Shown piece after piece: positions 52,958-64,000 of a DNA stretch of 64,000 nucleotides. The stretch is taken from positions 94,054,001 to 94,118,000 of the forward strand of contig OX597815.1 in NCBI GenBank assembly GCA_951406725.2, given 5' to 3'. Every line of letters begins with the position of its first letter. Within the stretch, counting starts at the first letter, position 1. Both the position numbers and the translations under genes were made by a program. This stretch comes from Octopus vulgaris (taxonomy: Eukaryota). The notes beneath the pieces were generated by a model. It saw nothing but the letters and a program-made list of their open reading frames with translations, was not told the DNA's origin and did no database searches.

Positions 52958-53990
52958 AAAAGGACAACGTAACTAGTGTAGTCAGGGGAGATAATTCAAT
53001 GGTAATTCGCTGTGAAATTCCAATAGCGTAAGAACTCCAAGAATGAGGGTAGTATTGGTAGATACTGGGTTTCAAAATGTCCTAAGGTGGGAGACAGTCG
53101 TAGACTTTTATCTTCCCTACAAGTTTATCTTTTATTATTCTCTCTCTGTAAGGTGGCAAAAGCTGGCAGAAGCGTTAGCAGCATTTTATCCCCAACGAGG
53201 TCGACTTCGCCTTTCATCCTTTCGGGGGCGATAAAATAAGCATCAACTGAGTTCTGAATCGAGGTAATCGACTAGCTCTTGTGATCGTAACAGAAAAGGT
53301 TATTTTCTCTCCCTGTCTTCTTTTTTCTAGATTAACATGCAAGTCAGCCAGAAGCTATATAGAAGAGATCTGTCCTTGTTTTTGTCTGTAGTAGGGGGTT
53401 ATTTCTAGCTTTGACAAATTTAATTTTCTCCTTTGGGCCGTAGTTGTGTTTGCTTACATCGATGGCAAAAGTTATGTTCTTGATGACCAAATCATGGCCA
53501 AAGATAACCGCGTTCCACTAGAACTTTGTGTAGCTTCTGAGGAGATGCTCTAAGAATTTTCTTTTAGAGTAGAATGGACTGGATGGTGTTTCATTCTTGT
53601 CCCAGATGTGAATGTTAGTTGGGATTGGGAGAACGACAGCAGTTAGCCTGAATTATGTTTGGTCATACAATCCGGCGCTGTTGCACACTTCCACTGAATC
53701 CATGCACCCTACTGCCCGAACCTCACAGTCCAGCTCACTCGCTGTTCCTCATCATGTGTTTGGACATCTTTCTGGATAAGAAAGTGTCTCTCCTTGCCAT
53801 AGGCCCTGCCAACTTAGGTATACAAGGTCACCATACTCTGATTCAAGTTCTTCTGAGAACTCTTTAAATTGGTGGTGGTTAAGTGCTAGGGATTTTATAA
53901 AATTGATGGTTGAAAGAACCACACGCACAACATTCTCAAATTTTAGTGGATCGTTGTAAAATTACTATTTGCTAGATTCAAAGAAGTTAA

Positions 53991-55960
53991 TCTCTATATC
54001 TATAAACGACAGAATATCTGTGTATCTGTGTGTCTGTGTGTCCTTTATAGAAATCCGCAGTTTTTCACGTAAAAAGCTCGCATTTTCTATGGGCTTTCAA
54101 AACTGTCTGAGGGTGGCCGTGAAGATCTTTTCCTTTCCCCAGTCACTCCAGAAAGCCATTAAAGAAATCGATAAACCGATCCTTTATGCCCATAAGTTAT
54201 GGGCATATCCATTCAAAATCGCTAAAACATAGAAATTTGTACGCGGTGTTTTTTGATTGGATGGAAATAACCTTACCCCTGACAGTTGAATGTGCATGCG
54301 CATTTGCAGACAATTTGTATGACTCAGCGCATTTTTGTGTTTTGCGAATACGCATTATCATATGTTTTGACTTTCAAACTTGCAAGCTTCTGTAATTTGA
54401 GAAATGCAGGGAATAATTAACGAGTTAGGATCTCCACAGCTACATTCTTCAATGGTCCTTAATCCAATGCAGCCATCCTCCTCCGAAACAAACCCGCCAT
54501 GCACATCTCCACAGCCAATTTCTGTGTGTCTTTGTGTCCTTTATACAAATCCACAGTTTTTCACGTAAAAGGCTGGTATTTTCTATGGGTTTTCAAAACT
54601 GTCTGAGGGTGGTCGTGAAGATCTTTTCATTTCCCCAGTCATCCCAGAAAGCCATTAAGCGATGTCAATAAACAAATCTCAGGGACAGACACTCTCAGTC
54701 GCGGGAATACATTTGGGCGAGCCCTGCTTTTCGCATGGGCAACTTTATGCTGCCTGCTCCTGCGTTGAAAGTAGGAATGCCCTGTTTGTATATGCCCCTC
54801 AGGGTATAACCCGTAATATTGTTTACAACGAGATTTTGGATAAGCATTTATAAATGCATTGGTATACCAATGCTATCCTCAACGAAAACAATTCTCACTT
54901 TGTCAGATGTTTATCAAATTAGGTTAAAGAGCTAGGTCCCTTTTTGTGAAGGCTGTCGGTAAGTTTTGGTAAGTTTCGCTTATGCGGATCTCCAAAGCTA
55001 CATTCTTCAATGGTCCTTAATCCAATGCAGTCGTCCTCCTCCGAAACAAACCCGCCATGCATATCTCCACAGCCAATTTCCTCTACAGCCATGTTATTTA
55101 GAACCCCTAGGATGGGTCAGTGATAGATCGGGATTAGAAGCTGCCTATTAGAGGCTCCCGAGCCCACTTCTGTAATGTTAGTCTAGGTTTTAGTTGAAGG
55201 CTTAGTTATGTTCCGAACCTAACCTCCTCCGTTTCAGTGGATCGGGAGCCCAATTAGCCTTCCGGTGAAAAGGCATACCTATTATTTATACCTTAGTTAA
55301 CCTTGATGTCTTATGTACTTCTATGCATCATGAACTTATAACTATTGACTTTACTGCGTTACTTGCTTCAATGCGTCATACTCATAAAATCACTTTGAAT
55401 GCTGTTTTTTGTGCTCTAATTGCTCTGCGTTTTCACCGGAATCAGCACTTTTCTTCCCACCATTGCTATTCACTCATAGGACGAGGGGGTTAGGTGAGGG
55501 GTGTTGTTGTCAAAAGGGCTGGCATGTGCAACATGATCACCTCTGCCAGTCAAAGTCCCAACCCATGCCTTCCCGTCGCGACACTGATTGCGCAGAACTG
55601 GGTTGGGTGTGAAACCAAAACTCAACAAACGAGATTTATGTGTATTTTCAAAATCATGCTATTTTGCGGCCAAATTCGAGATTTTCGATTTCTTCTGCCT
55701 CCTTTTTTGTCCGACTAAGGACATGGGTACAGTCCCGCTAATTTTCCATGATTATGCCGTTCCAGGTGTGAAAACCGAAGTTCAATGAATATTAATTACT
55801 CTCATAATAAGCTCCAACTAGCTCATAAACAACAAAACTGGCCCGGGCTGAAATGTGATAAGAAACTTAGCTCTTGATTTAGTGAGAAATTTTTACTGCG
55901 ACCCGGCAACGAACAACAAGCACTAGCACTAGACCCAGCAACGCCAGGTCATAGTGCTAG
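53991..55960 (+). mobile_element. Non-autonomous Helitron with PIF1-like helicase C-terminal fragment
   Basis: A|TC start, SINKSQGQTL..FSHGQLYAACS (54662-54853), subterminal hairpin gacccagcaacgccaggtc and CTAG|T end. Confidence 0.88.
55153..55250. mobile_element. GG-terminated mini-MITE nested in the Helitron
   Basis: ggctcccgagcccact / agtggatcgggagcc ends; internal aacctaacct; imperfect flanks ctattaga / caattagc. Confidence 0.5.
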
Positions 55961-55989
55961 TTCTTCTTTTAATTTGGCAAGAAAGCTAT

Positions 55990-57119
55990 CTTAGACCCAA
56001 CCATCGTTGAAACCCCGTCTGTCGCTACAGTGACGAATCATTCAAGCCGGAGATTCAACTTCGAGGTTGCTTTCTTCACTTCTTAAATTTTACATCCTGT
56101 AACTGTGTCTTTCATTGTCTGAACACTAAACAATTCTTCGGTGATATTAAATGACTTATCAATACCACGTATGAAAATTGCCAGTTGAGTCGAATCGGAT
56201 ATGGCCGAGCTTTCGTCGATAGTGAGTGAAAAAAAAAAAAAAAAAAATCAAGGTCTCTTATTTTTCCCTATCACCGTACCCTCGGTATCAGCTGCAGTTT
56301 CCTTAACTCGTCATGTTCTGCGAGACAAACTGATCTTGTCAAACATTCCTAACTTTTCCGGACACAAAATTTCAGCCACTGTCAAAAGACATTCTTTTAC
56401 AAATTCACCGTCGGAATATTTTTTATTATCTTTTGCCACTAACAACATAGCTAACATGTATGATTTCTTTTAGTCCGGTTTGCTTTTTGGAAAAGAACGT
56501 ATTTAGACTGCCGATCTGTTTCTTGAGGGATTCAATTTTTTGCTGTCTAATGTCTCCTTTAAATTTATCGTATCTCGAATGTTTTGAAGTGTAATACCGC
56601 TTAATATTAAATTCTTTATAAGCGGAGACATTCAAAACATATTAAACACATTAGTTTATTTTTTACTTCAACAAATAAATAATCATCTGTCCAGTTTTTC
56701 CGGAATTTTCTCATTTCTTCAGAAATCTTTCTTTTTTTTTGGATAAAACCATTAGCTTTGACATTAAAAATTAAAATTTAAAAAATACAGCACTTTGCAC
56801 ACTTATAGGTTGAAAATTCCGTTAATCCTACTTGACAAGGTTACATGAATACCACGTGTGTTTACAGGCGCTGAATTATCACAAGTCGTTATAAGCAGTG
56901 GAATCAGAAATTGAACATTAAATCAATACTTTTCTTTCGTTGAGTTAGTGTCCCAAGTAGAGATGCTGTTTGTAACGCTCTTGAATATTTGGATTGTTGT
57001 ACATCGACTCTGGGGCACGCTGAAAACTACATGGTTGTCTGGCGATGACGAATATTGTTCTTTTCTGACTTAGGCAAGCCAATCAGAAAGCTTCGCGAGC
57101 CGCAGGTTGACCATGACTG
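55990..57119 (-). mobile_element. hAT (SPIN/Charlie, GTF2IRD2-like) transposon 5' portion
   Basis: KEFNIKRYYTSKH, YSDGEFVKECL, ISLSRRT, DES..SDSTQLAIFIRG and VATDG; TIR cagtcatggtcaacc flanked by ttctagat (NTCTAGAN target). Confidence 0.9.
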
Positions 57120-58618
57120 TTCTAGATATAACTTCTATATTACTCCTCTAATCTATTTCGCTCTGCCGCTATTTCTTTGATAAACGCTGTCAATTATACA
57201 TCAGTCGCCTTGTTCAGAGTGCCCCGCCGCCGTTTGTTGGTGATCATCTCCTTGTGATCCGGTCTCTGTAGTCTTTGCACACGGGGAAAGACGCATTCAA
57301 CTTTCAGTAATCGATTTTCAGTCCCATTTTAGTCGACGGTGCAAGTCTTAAATCTATCGTCTTTGTAGCCGACCTGTTTAAACTGTGGACATTCTATACT
57401 ATCGCTATCAGTTGATCTTACGAAAACTCTTAGATTAAAAGGTGAACGAATTGCAAAATATAATAAATAAGGTTTGAGTCTAGTGAGTACTCCCCATTTT
57501 AGTGAATATCTCTGGCGAAAGGATGATACGTGCCTCACTGAAGCATTCGAGATTTTACAGACCAAGGACCCTCTATTCATCACACTTTACGTCGGGTTGT
57601 TTTGATGTAGCCATGAACGTTGTAAAACATACAAGTACTTCAAAATCGTATCCTACTCCTATTAGCCCACCATCTTCATACTTTTCCCTGTAGATCCTCC
57701 TTGAAATTTTCCCACATCACTACATAACACAATCATATCACTATCATTCTTATTCTATAATATTTTTTACTATTATTGCTAGTAAAATTATCTTTACACA
57801 ACCATTCTTTGTTTACACAATTATCTATTGTCGTATCACTTTATTGTGTTTTGATTATTTCTCTTTATTTTTACATTATAATAATATCATCCCTGACCCA
57901 AATATTATCAATAATTTCTGTCTATATCTTCGTTATTTGCACTCCCACCCCCTATCTTCTTAAGATTCTCCTACAATTCACTGTCTGCGTAAATTTTCTC
58001 GAAATAAGCCTAATAATTCCTCTATAATTTACTTTACTATCATTTTCTTTTTAATTTCTTATGCTCAAACATCCTATTTCAGCTGTTTTCCATAACGCAT
58101 TTTTACCTAAATCTTCTGTAATATTTTCATATGTCTCCTGCTGCTGCTTCTCTTTTTTCTATTCCTCTTCCTCTCATCCATCTTGTCTTTATTCTCCTGT
58201 TTCTTATTTTCCATCTTACTGATTTATTTATTTATTCCATCCTCCCACCTGCTAAAATAATTTGTTGGCAAGGAGACCCATCCAGTGTTAAAAAGACAGC
58301 AAAAAAAAAAAAAAATGGTGGACTCGTCTGTTACACGAATACACGAAAGAAGATAGCAAAATTAGCAAATAACCTTTGTATTTTTTGTTTTGCGTTCTGG
58401 ATTTAAATCTTGACAAGTTCGAATTTACCTTTCACCTATCTCAGATGGATAAAACAAGGACGATCCCAGTACTGGAGAGAAATACACTCAACTAATACTC
58501 CTTGATTATTTGTAGCCTTCTATTAACCATTATTAACCATTATTGTAGACCATTATTATATTAAAGAAATAATTCTTTAATGCAGATTCACACACTGATT
58601 CGCACACAGACATACGTA

Positions 58619-58815
58619 CGAGGAGGTGCTGAAAAGTTTCTGGTTTTGGGTAAAAGAAAATACAGGAGGACCAGTTAATTATGATTTTATTCAACATATT
58701 CCTATCACTTATTGCAGCGGTCCTTCAGTTTTTCTAAGCTGTGTAGAAGAACTCGTAAAAAAACTATGGCCTTTCGCTATACCCTTAAGGCCAGGAACTT
58801 TTGAGCAGCCCCTTA
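58619..58815. mobile_element. Mariner-type MITE
   Basis: TA-cgaggaggtgctgaaaagtttctgg / ccaggaacttttgagcagcccctta-TA. Confidence 0.75.
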
Positions 58816-59019
58816 TACGTAATTATACAAACACACATACACACGCACACGCGCACATTGTACAAACACATTTATGTATGATTGTACGCACGAATTTAAA
58901 GTTCTGTTGAAGGGATTATTCTTTTCCCGCTTTAAATTAATGCATATATTATTTCATACAGTTTATATATATTGGATATATAAATATTATATAGATTAAA
59001 TCCTAACCGTTAATTATTA

Positions 59020-59420
59020 CTTATCGTTTTATCTTTAATTTGTTTCAGTCACTGGACAGCAGCCATGCTAGAAGGCCGCCTTGAAGGGTTTTAGTTGAAC
59101 AAATCGACCTCAGTACTTATTTTTTAAAGCCCGATACTTACTCTATTGATCTTTAATGCCTAACTACTAAATCAAAAGGACGTAAACAAACCAACAATAG
59201 TTTACAAGTGGTAGTGGAGGACAAACACAAACACAAAGATACACAAACATATATATACGACGGTCTTCTTTCAGTTTCCGTCTACCTAATCCATTCTTAA
59301 GGATTTAGTTGGCCTGGGACTATATTAGAAAACATTTGTTGAAGGTGACACACAGTTGAACCCAACCCGGAACCATGTGGTTGGGAAGGAAAATCTTTAC
59401 CATATGTCCACGCCTGCACC
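59020..59420 (-). mobile_element. Full-length octopus-type SINE
   Basis: Reverse complement of the 26003-26336 family including the tRNA-like head. Confidence 0.8.
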
Positions 59421-59543
59421 TGTAGGAAGATTTAACACAGAAGAAAACAAAAAAGTTGTGGAGTTCGTTCACGATTCTACCCTTCCTGTTATTCGGAGCA
59501 AATATGAACTGGAACAGTTTTAAGCAAGAAACCAAATTGTCTA

Positions 59544-60065
59544 CCGTAAATCCTCGAGTATAATCCGCATTTCCCCCCCAAAATTTAAAGGTCAAAATCC
59601 CTAGTGCGTACTATATACGAGGTTAAAAATGAAACATATTTTCTGAGCAATGTCTGAGTCTCTATTTGCTGCCCGGCAATGTTTGTTCTGACGCATTTTG
59701 TGATGTCGGGCGCGAAAATACCTTAAGCTAAGCCTGAAAGCAATGAAGTCTTAAAAGAATCATCTATAACTTGCAGTAAGCAACATTTATTAAAATAAAA
59801 GTATTCAGAACATCGAATAACATGTAAAAAAAAGAATTTACAAACATATTTACATTCCCATATAACAGTTAAGAACATCACCATTATTGTATTACGCATG
59901 CGCGGAAGTATTTGTTCGATAAGGTGTTGCTGGCTTAATTACGCACGACTCAAGTTAGTGAAGGGGTGCGTATTATACACAAGGTTTAGGTTTTTCAGAG
60001 GCACATCCCCCTAAAAATCCCCTGCGTATTATACTCAAGGGCGGACTATACTCAAAGATTTACGG
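59544..60065. mobile_element. pogo/Tc2-type MITE
   Basis: TA-ccgtaaatcctcgagtataatccgc / gcggactatactcaaagatttacgg-TA; subterminal gcgtattatac repeats. Confidence 0.85.
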
Positions 60066-60349
60066 TATACCTATCTCATCAGTATACTTTTACATCAAAA
60101 GAAAAGTTTATAAGAAAATAAAGCAACCAGTTCTGAGAATGATCTTTATTTAGATAAACTTACAGTGGAGATATTTGTTGGTATCAAAATAGACCAGATT
60201 AATACAGAACACAAACAGCTTTTACTGATTGTATGATTTAAATTTGTATGTATTTACTTCTCTGTTGTATAAAGTTATTTACCATAAACGAACAGATACT
60301 CTCTCACACATCTAATTACACGCATACACCCCCATACACACCCCAGACC

Positions 60350-60459
<110 letters not shown>

Positions 60460-60551
60460 GTGTATGTATGTATGTATATATACACACATATAGTCGTCTA
60501 AGAATCCAAGAGTCAGAAAAATATGCACGCATGTGTTGGTATGTTAATCAA

Positions 60552-60767
60552 AGATCCATTTTAAGCGATCTTATCAATCGGTTTAGCATTGGGTATTAAA
60601 TAACTGGATTAGCACCATGTGCTCCTCATAGATAGTATTTTTTTCTTATTTCTCGTGCTTGCCATCTCTGAGGAGCACGTGGTGTTACTTAATCAAGCTG
60701 TCATCTAATATCCGGTTATTTAATACCCAATGCGAAATCGATTGGCAAATTGGCTGAAATGGATCTA
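60552..60767. repeat. Fold-back with roughly 80-100-bp arms
   Basis: gcattgggtattaaataactggat and gtgctcctca each have reverse-complement partners. Confidence 0.85.
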
Positions 60768-60822
60768 AAATACTGTACATTTTGACTGGTATTTAATATA
60801 TAGATATATTTTTATGCGTATA

Positions 60823-60856
<34 letters not shown>

Positions 60857-61194
60857 CATATATATATATGTATATGTAGATACACACACACACATGTATA
60901 ATGCATATGTGTGTGTGTGTGAGGGAGAGAGAGAGAGTGTGTCATTGAGTGTGTTTGTATGCATAAATTTATGACGGAATTCGAAAGTTGTTTTGAAAAT
61001 TTTCTTTCTCTTTGCCTAATGGTGCTAATCAAACTGACAAAAGCAGGGAGACATAGCTTCGATATAAATATAAATGTTTACGCGTGCGTGTATATGCATA
61101 AGCATGCGTGTATGTAAGTAGAGCTGGATAGAAAGAGAAAGAGCGAATGAGAGAGAGAGGAGTGAGATAGAGATAGATACATTGAAATAGGGAG

Positions 61195-61195
<1 letters not shown>

Positions 61196-61250
<55 letters not shown>
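61196..61250. repeat. (GA)n microsatellite
   Basis: Seen directly. Confidence 0.95.
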
Positions 61251-61254
<4 letters not shown>

Positions 61255-61522
61255 ACATTAATTACTGGTTCTTTTGATATCGAGTTCTTTTATTGTGGCT
61301 TTATTTGAATTTTCACATTTTTGTAAACTTTATTCTACATGACACATCTCCAGCTGTTGTTACCTGAAACAGAAAAGATAATTAAGGAAAAAATTTATGA
61401 AAACGTTTTATAGTCATATGTATGAATGTATACGTATATAATGTATGTGTGTGTGGGTGTGTGGGTATGTATGATTGCAGGCGCGTCCATGTACGTGTAT
61501 AGCTGTATATAGGATTTATATA

Positions 61523-62783
61523 TCAGGTCATCCCATAAGTTCTGCCCGATTTTACCTTTTTTAAAATTGAATGAAATTTAATAGTATTTTAGGATGTCTA
61601 ATGGAATTAAAATTATTTTTTTATACATTTGTGTACTAATTAAATATTATTTTGCAGAATAATAGAATTAAAAGTTCTTTGATTAAAACCCTTTCTCACA
61701 TATTAGTATCCAAAGAGCATTTGAGGCACATAATGCGTTATGAGTACAAAAAAGGAAACTCTGCAGCCGAAGCGACTCGAAACATACACTCAGTTTATAG
61801 GAAAGAATGCTTGAATGAAAGAACTTGCAGAAGATGGTTTTCAAAATTCAGAAGTGGAGATTTCAGCCTTGAAGATCGAACAGGACGTCCAGTTTAGTTT
61901 GATGATAAGCTCCTTGAGGTATTACTGGAAGAAAATCTGGCATTATCAGCTGAAGAATTGGCAATAAAGCCTAGTTCAAACCATACAACTTTTCATCATC
62001 TTCTTCAACAACTTGGAAAGGTTCCTAAACTTGGAAAATGGGTGCCTCTTGAATTGTCCGAAAGCAACCGCAAATCCCGAGTTGACATCTGCTCTTTTCT
62101 CCATTCTCGTGAACTCATTTCACCCTTTTTGGATAGACTTGTGACTGGTGACGAAAAATGGATCTTCTATCGAAATGTTAAACATCGTAAACAGTGGCTT
62201 GGTAAAAAAGAAAAAAAGCGCAACCACAACCGAGAAGGGAACTTCTTTGGAAAAAGGTTCTTCTCTTTATCTGGTGGGATTGCAAAGGAGTAATTCACTT
62301 TGAATTGTTACCACCTAATGCAACAATCAATGCTCAAGAGAGCGTTTGAACCAAGCTTTGAAGGAAAAAAGACCCGCTTTAGTGAATCGAAAAGGAGTGA
62401 TGTTTCATCAGGACAATGCCCGACCCCACACTGCAAAGATCACATCACAGAAGATCGAAGAGCTTGGTTGGGAAAAAATTCTTCTTCCACCTTATTCCCC
62501 TGACCTTGCTCCTTCAGACTACCATATGTTTCGTAGTTTACAGAATCATTTGGGGGACATAACTTTTGCAAGCCAGGAGGAGGTCAAAACTAACATTTCA
62601 GAGTTCTTTGCTTTGAAACCAAAAGAGTTTTACATTGATGGGGTTAAAAAGCTTGTAAATAGATTGAAGGAAGTTATAGATAATCAGGGAAAGCACACTG
62701 ATGGTTATATTTCAATTAAATATAACATTTGATCACTTATTTTCTTTATTCAAAATTCGGACAAAACTTATGGGATGACCTGA
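61523..62783 (+). mobile_element. Full-length mariner (DD34D) with disrupted transposase
   Basis: About 30-bp TIRs tcaggtcatcccataagtt / aacttatgggatgacctga with TA flanks; WVPLEL, VTGDEKW, HQDNARPH and YSPDLAPSDY; stop and frameshifts. Confidence 0.95.
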
Positions 62784-62835
62784 TATATATATGTGTATAC
62801 ATGAGTGTATACATATATGTTTGCATATATGCATG

Positions 62836-62906
62836 CATGTATGTATGTATGTATGTATGTATGTATGTATGTATGTATGTATGTATGTATGTATGTATGT
62901 ATGTAT
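62836..62906. repeat. (ATGT)n microsatellite
   Basis: Seen directly. Confidence 0.95.
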
Positions 62907-63578
62907 GCCAATATGTACACATTAAGGTGGTTTTGAGTGCTACTGGAAATATGCCATCCAGTACAACTTATCATATAGTCGACTGCTCTTCCCCGACGAT
63001 TGTCTCTTGCTGATCAGATACTTAATAGCTATTTCCCGCTCCTAAATAGCAGGGGCATGGCCTTCCAAGTGAGGATGTATACGTTGTATGTCCAGGAGAG
63101 GCTACAAATCCTGTCAGTGTTTTCGATATTCCCCATCTTTCGGGATATGATACTATGCATAACTTACTGCTGGTATGATAAGTATTTCTTCACCAAGTTT
63201 TAAGTAGGTCAACCCAGCTACTCTAGGCTCCCGAGGAGAACCACACGCCCAGGGAAAGTCGATACAACAATGCATATGGCCTTTGTTTATTAAGGGGCTA
63301 CAAAGGGAAGATGACATTTTCTTTCTTAGCTCAGTTAATGATTTGAGTATCTATTCTCAGTTAAATACAATGCAAAGTTATGGCAATTAATATTGTGAAC
63401 CGACAATAATAATTGTTTTCGAAATATGTAATATATATTGAGTTTTAATCTCGATGCATGACTTTTGGCTCACCCGGTATTTTGTTATATCCCTGGCACA
63501 GTTAAGTTTGGCTGTGCTCAATGTGAGGTATACTTATTTTGATATTTAACCCAAATTCTTTCTATTGACGGTATTAAA

Positions 63579-63870
63579 CAGGGTGTCCCAAAAGTCACGT
63601 ATGGGTTTTAATTTTTAATAACTTTCTTAACTTTACAAATAAATGCATGACATTTTGATGCAATATAGAGGATATAATGGAAAACTTGCACCATAATACT
63701 CTTAAGAGTTTCAGATCCCATCTCTCTAATATTTCAATTGATGTTCTTCAGTTGCATCAGGGTATCCGGTTTGTTGATATAAACCCTCTCTTTCAGGTAT
63801 CCCCAGAAGAAAAAAATCCGGGCTAGTCAAGTCTGGGGAACGTGAAGGCCATTCAAAGTAGACCTCACAC
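63579..63870 (-). mobile_element. Tc1/mariner (rosa/DD41D-like) 3' fragment
   Basis: WPSRSPDLTSPDFFLLG motif and terminus cagggtgtcccaaaagtc. Confidence 0.75.
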
Positions 63871-64000
63871 ATGATTCCAGCAAGATGGGGCAACTGCTTA
63901 TACCGCAAGACAAACAATGCAGTTGCTACGGCAGTGCTTTGGAGAGAAAATAATCTCCCGCTACGGCAATGTCAACTGTCAAGCGGTTGTGGGGGACAAA

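Overview
AT-rich, repeat-dense animal genomic DNA, most likely a coleoid cephalopod (Octopus-like SINEs, long microsatellites and the LINE/DNA-transposon mix; organism is inferred). There is one 100-N scaffold gap. No complete host gene is visible. A probable first coding exon (MDQIPAVMDRHLDVIQHRK, minus strand, 30099-30156) has a strong Kozak context and a perfect donor. It points into a roughly 23-kb CpG-depleted stretch that looks like a methylated gene body, with a sharp switch to CpG-normal DNA near 23 kb. The rest is transposons: a near-intact CR1 LINE, a decayed R4/Dong LINE in microsatellites, RTE, Penelope-like and Gypsy remnants, a Helitron, a full-length mariner, other Tc1/mariner, hAT and piggyBac relics, MITEs and SINEs. 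Most notable: (i) a 6-kb cluster (36.5-42.5 kb) of at least eight minimal type I hammerhead-ribozyme motifs in non-coding units between (TA)n tracts, three with intact cores; (ii) a G_GGA_AAC slippery heptamer placed to join CR1 ORF1 to an ATG-less ORF2 by -1 frameshift; (iii) GG-terminated mini fold-back elements with telomere-like motifs; (iv) several intronic fold-backs. Everything was read by eye, so boundaries are approximate.
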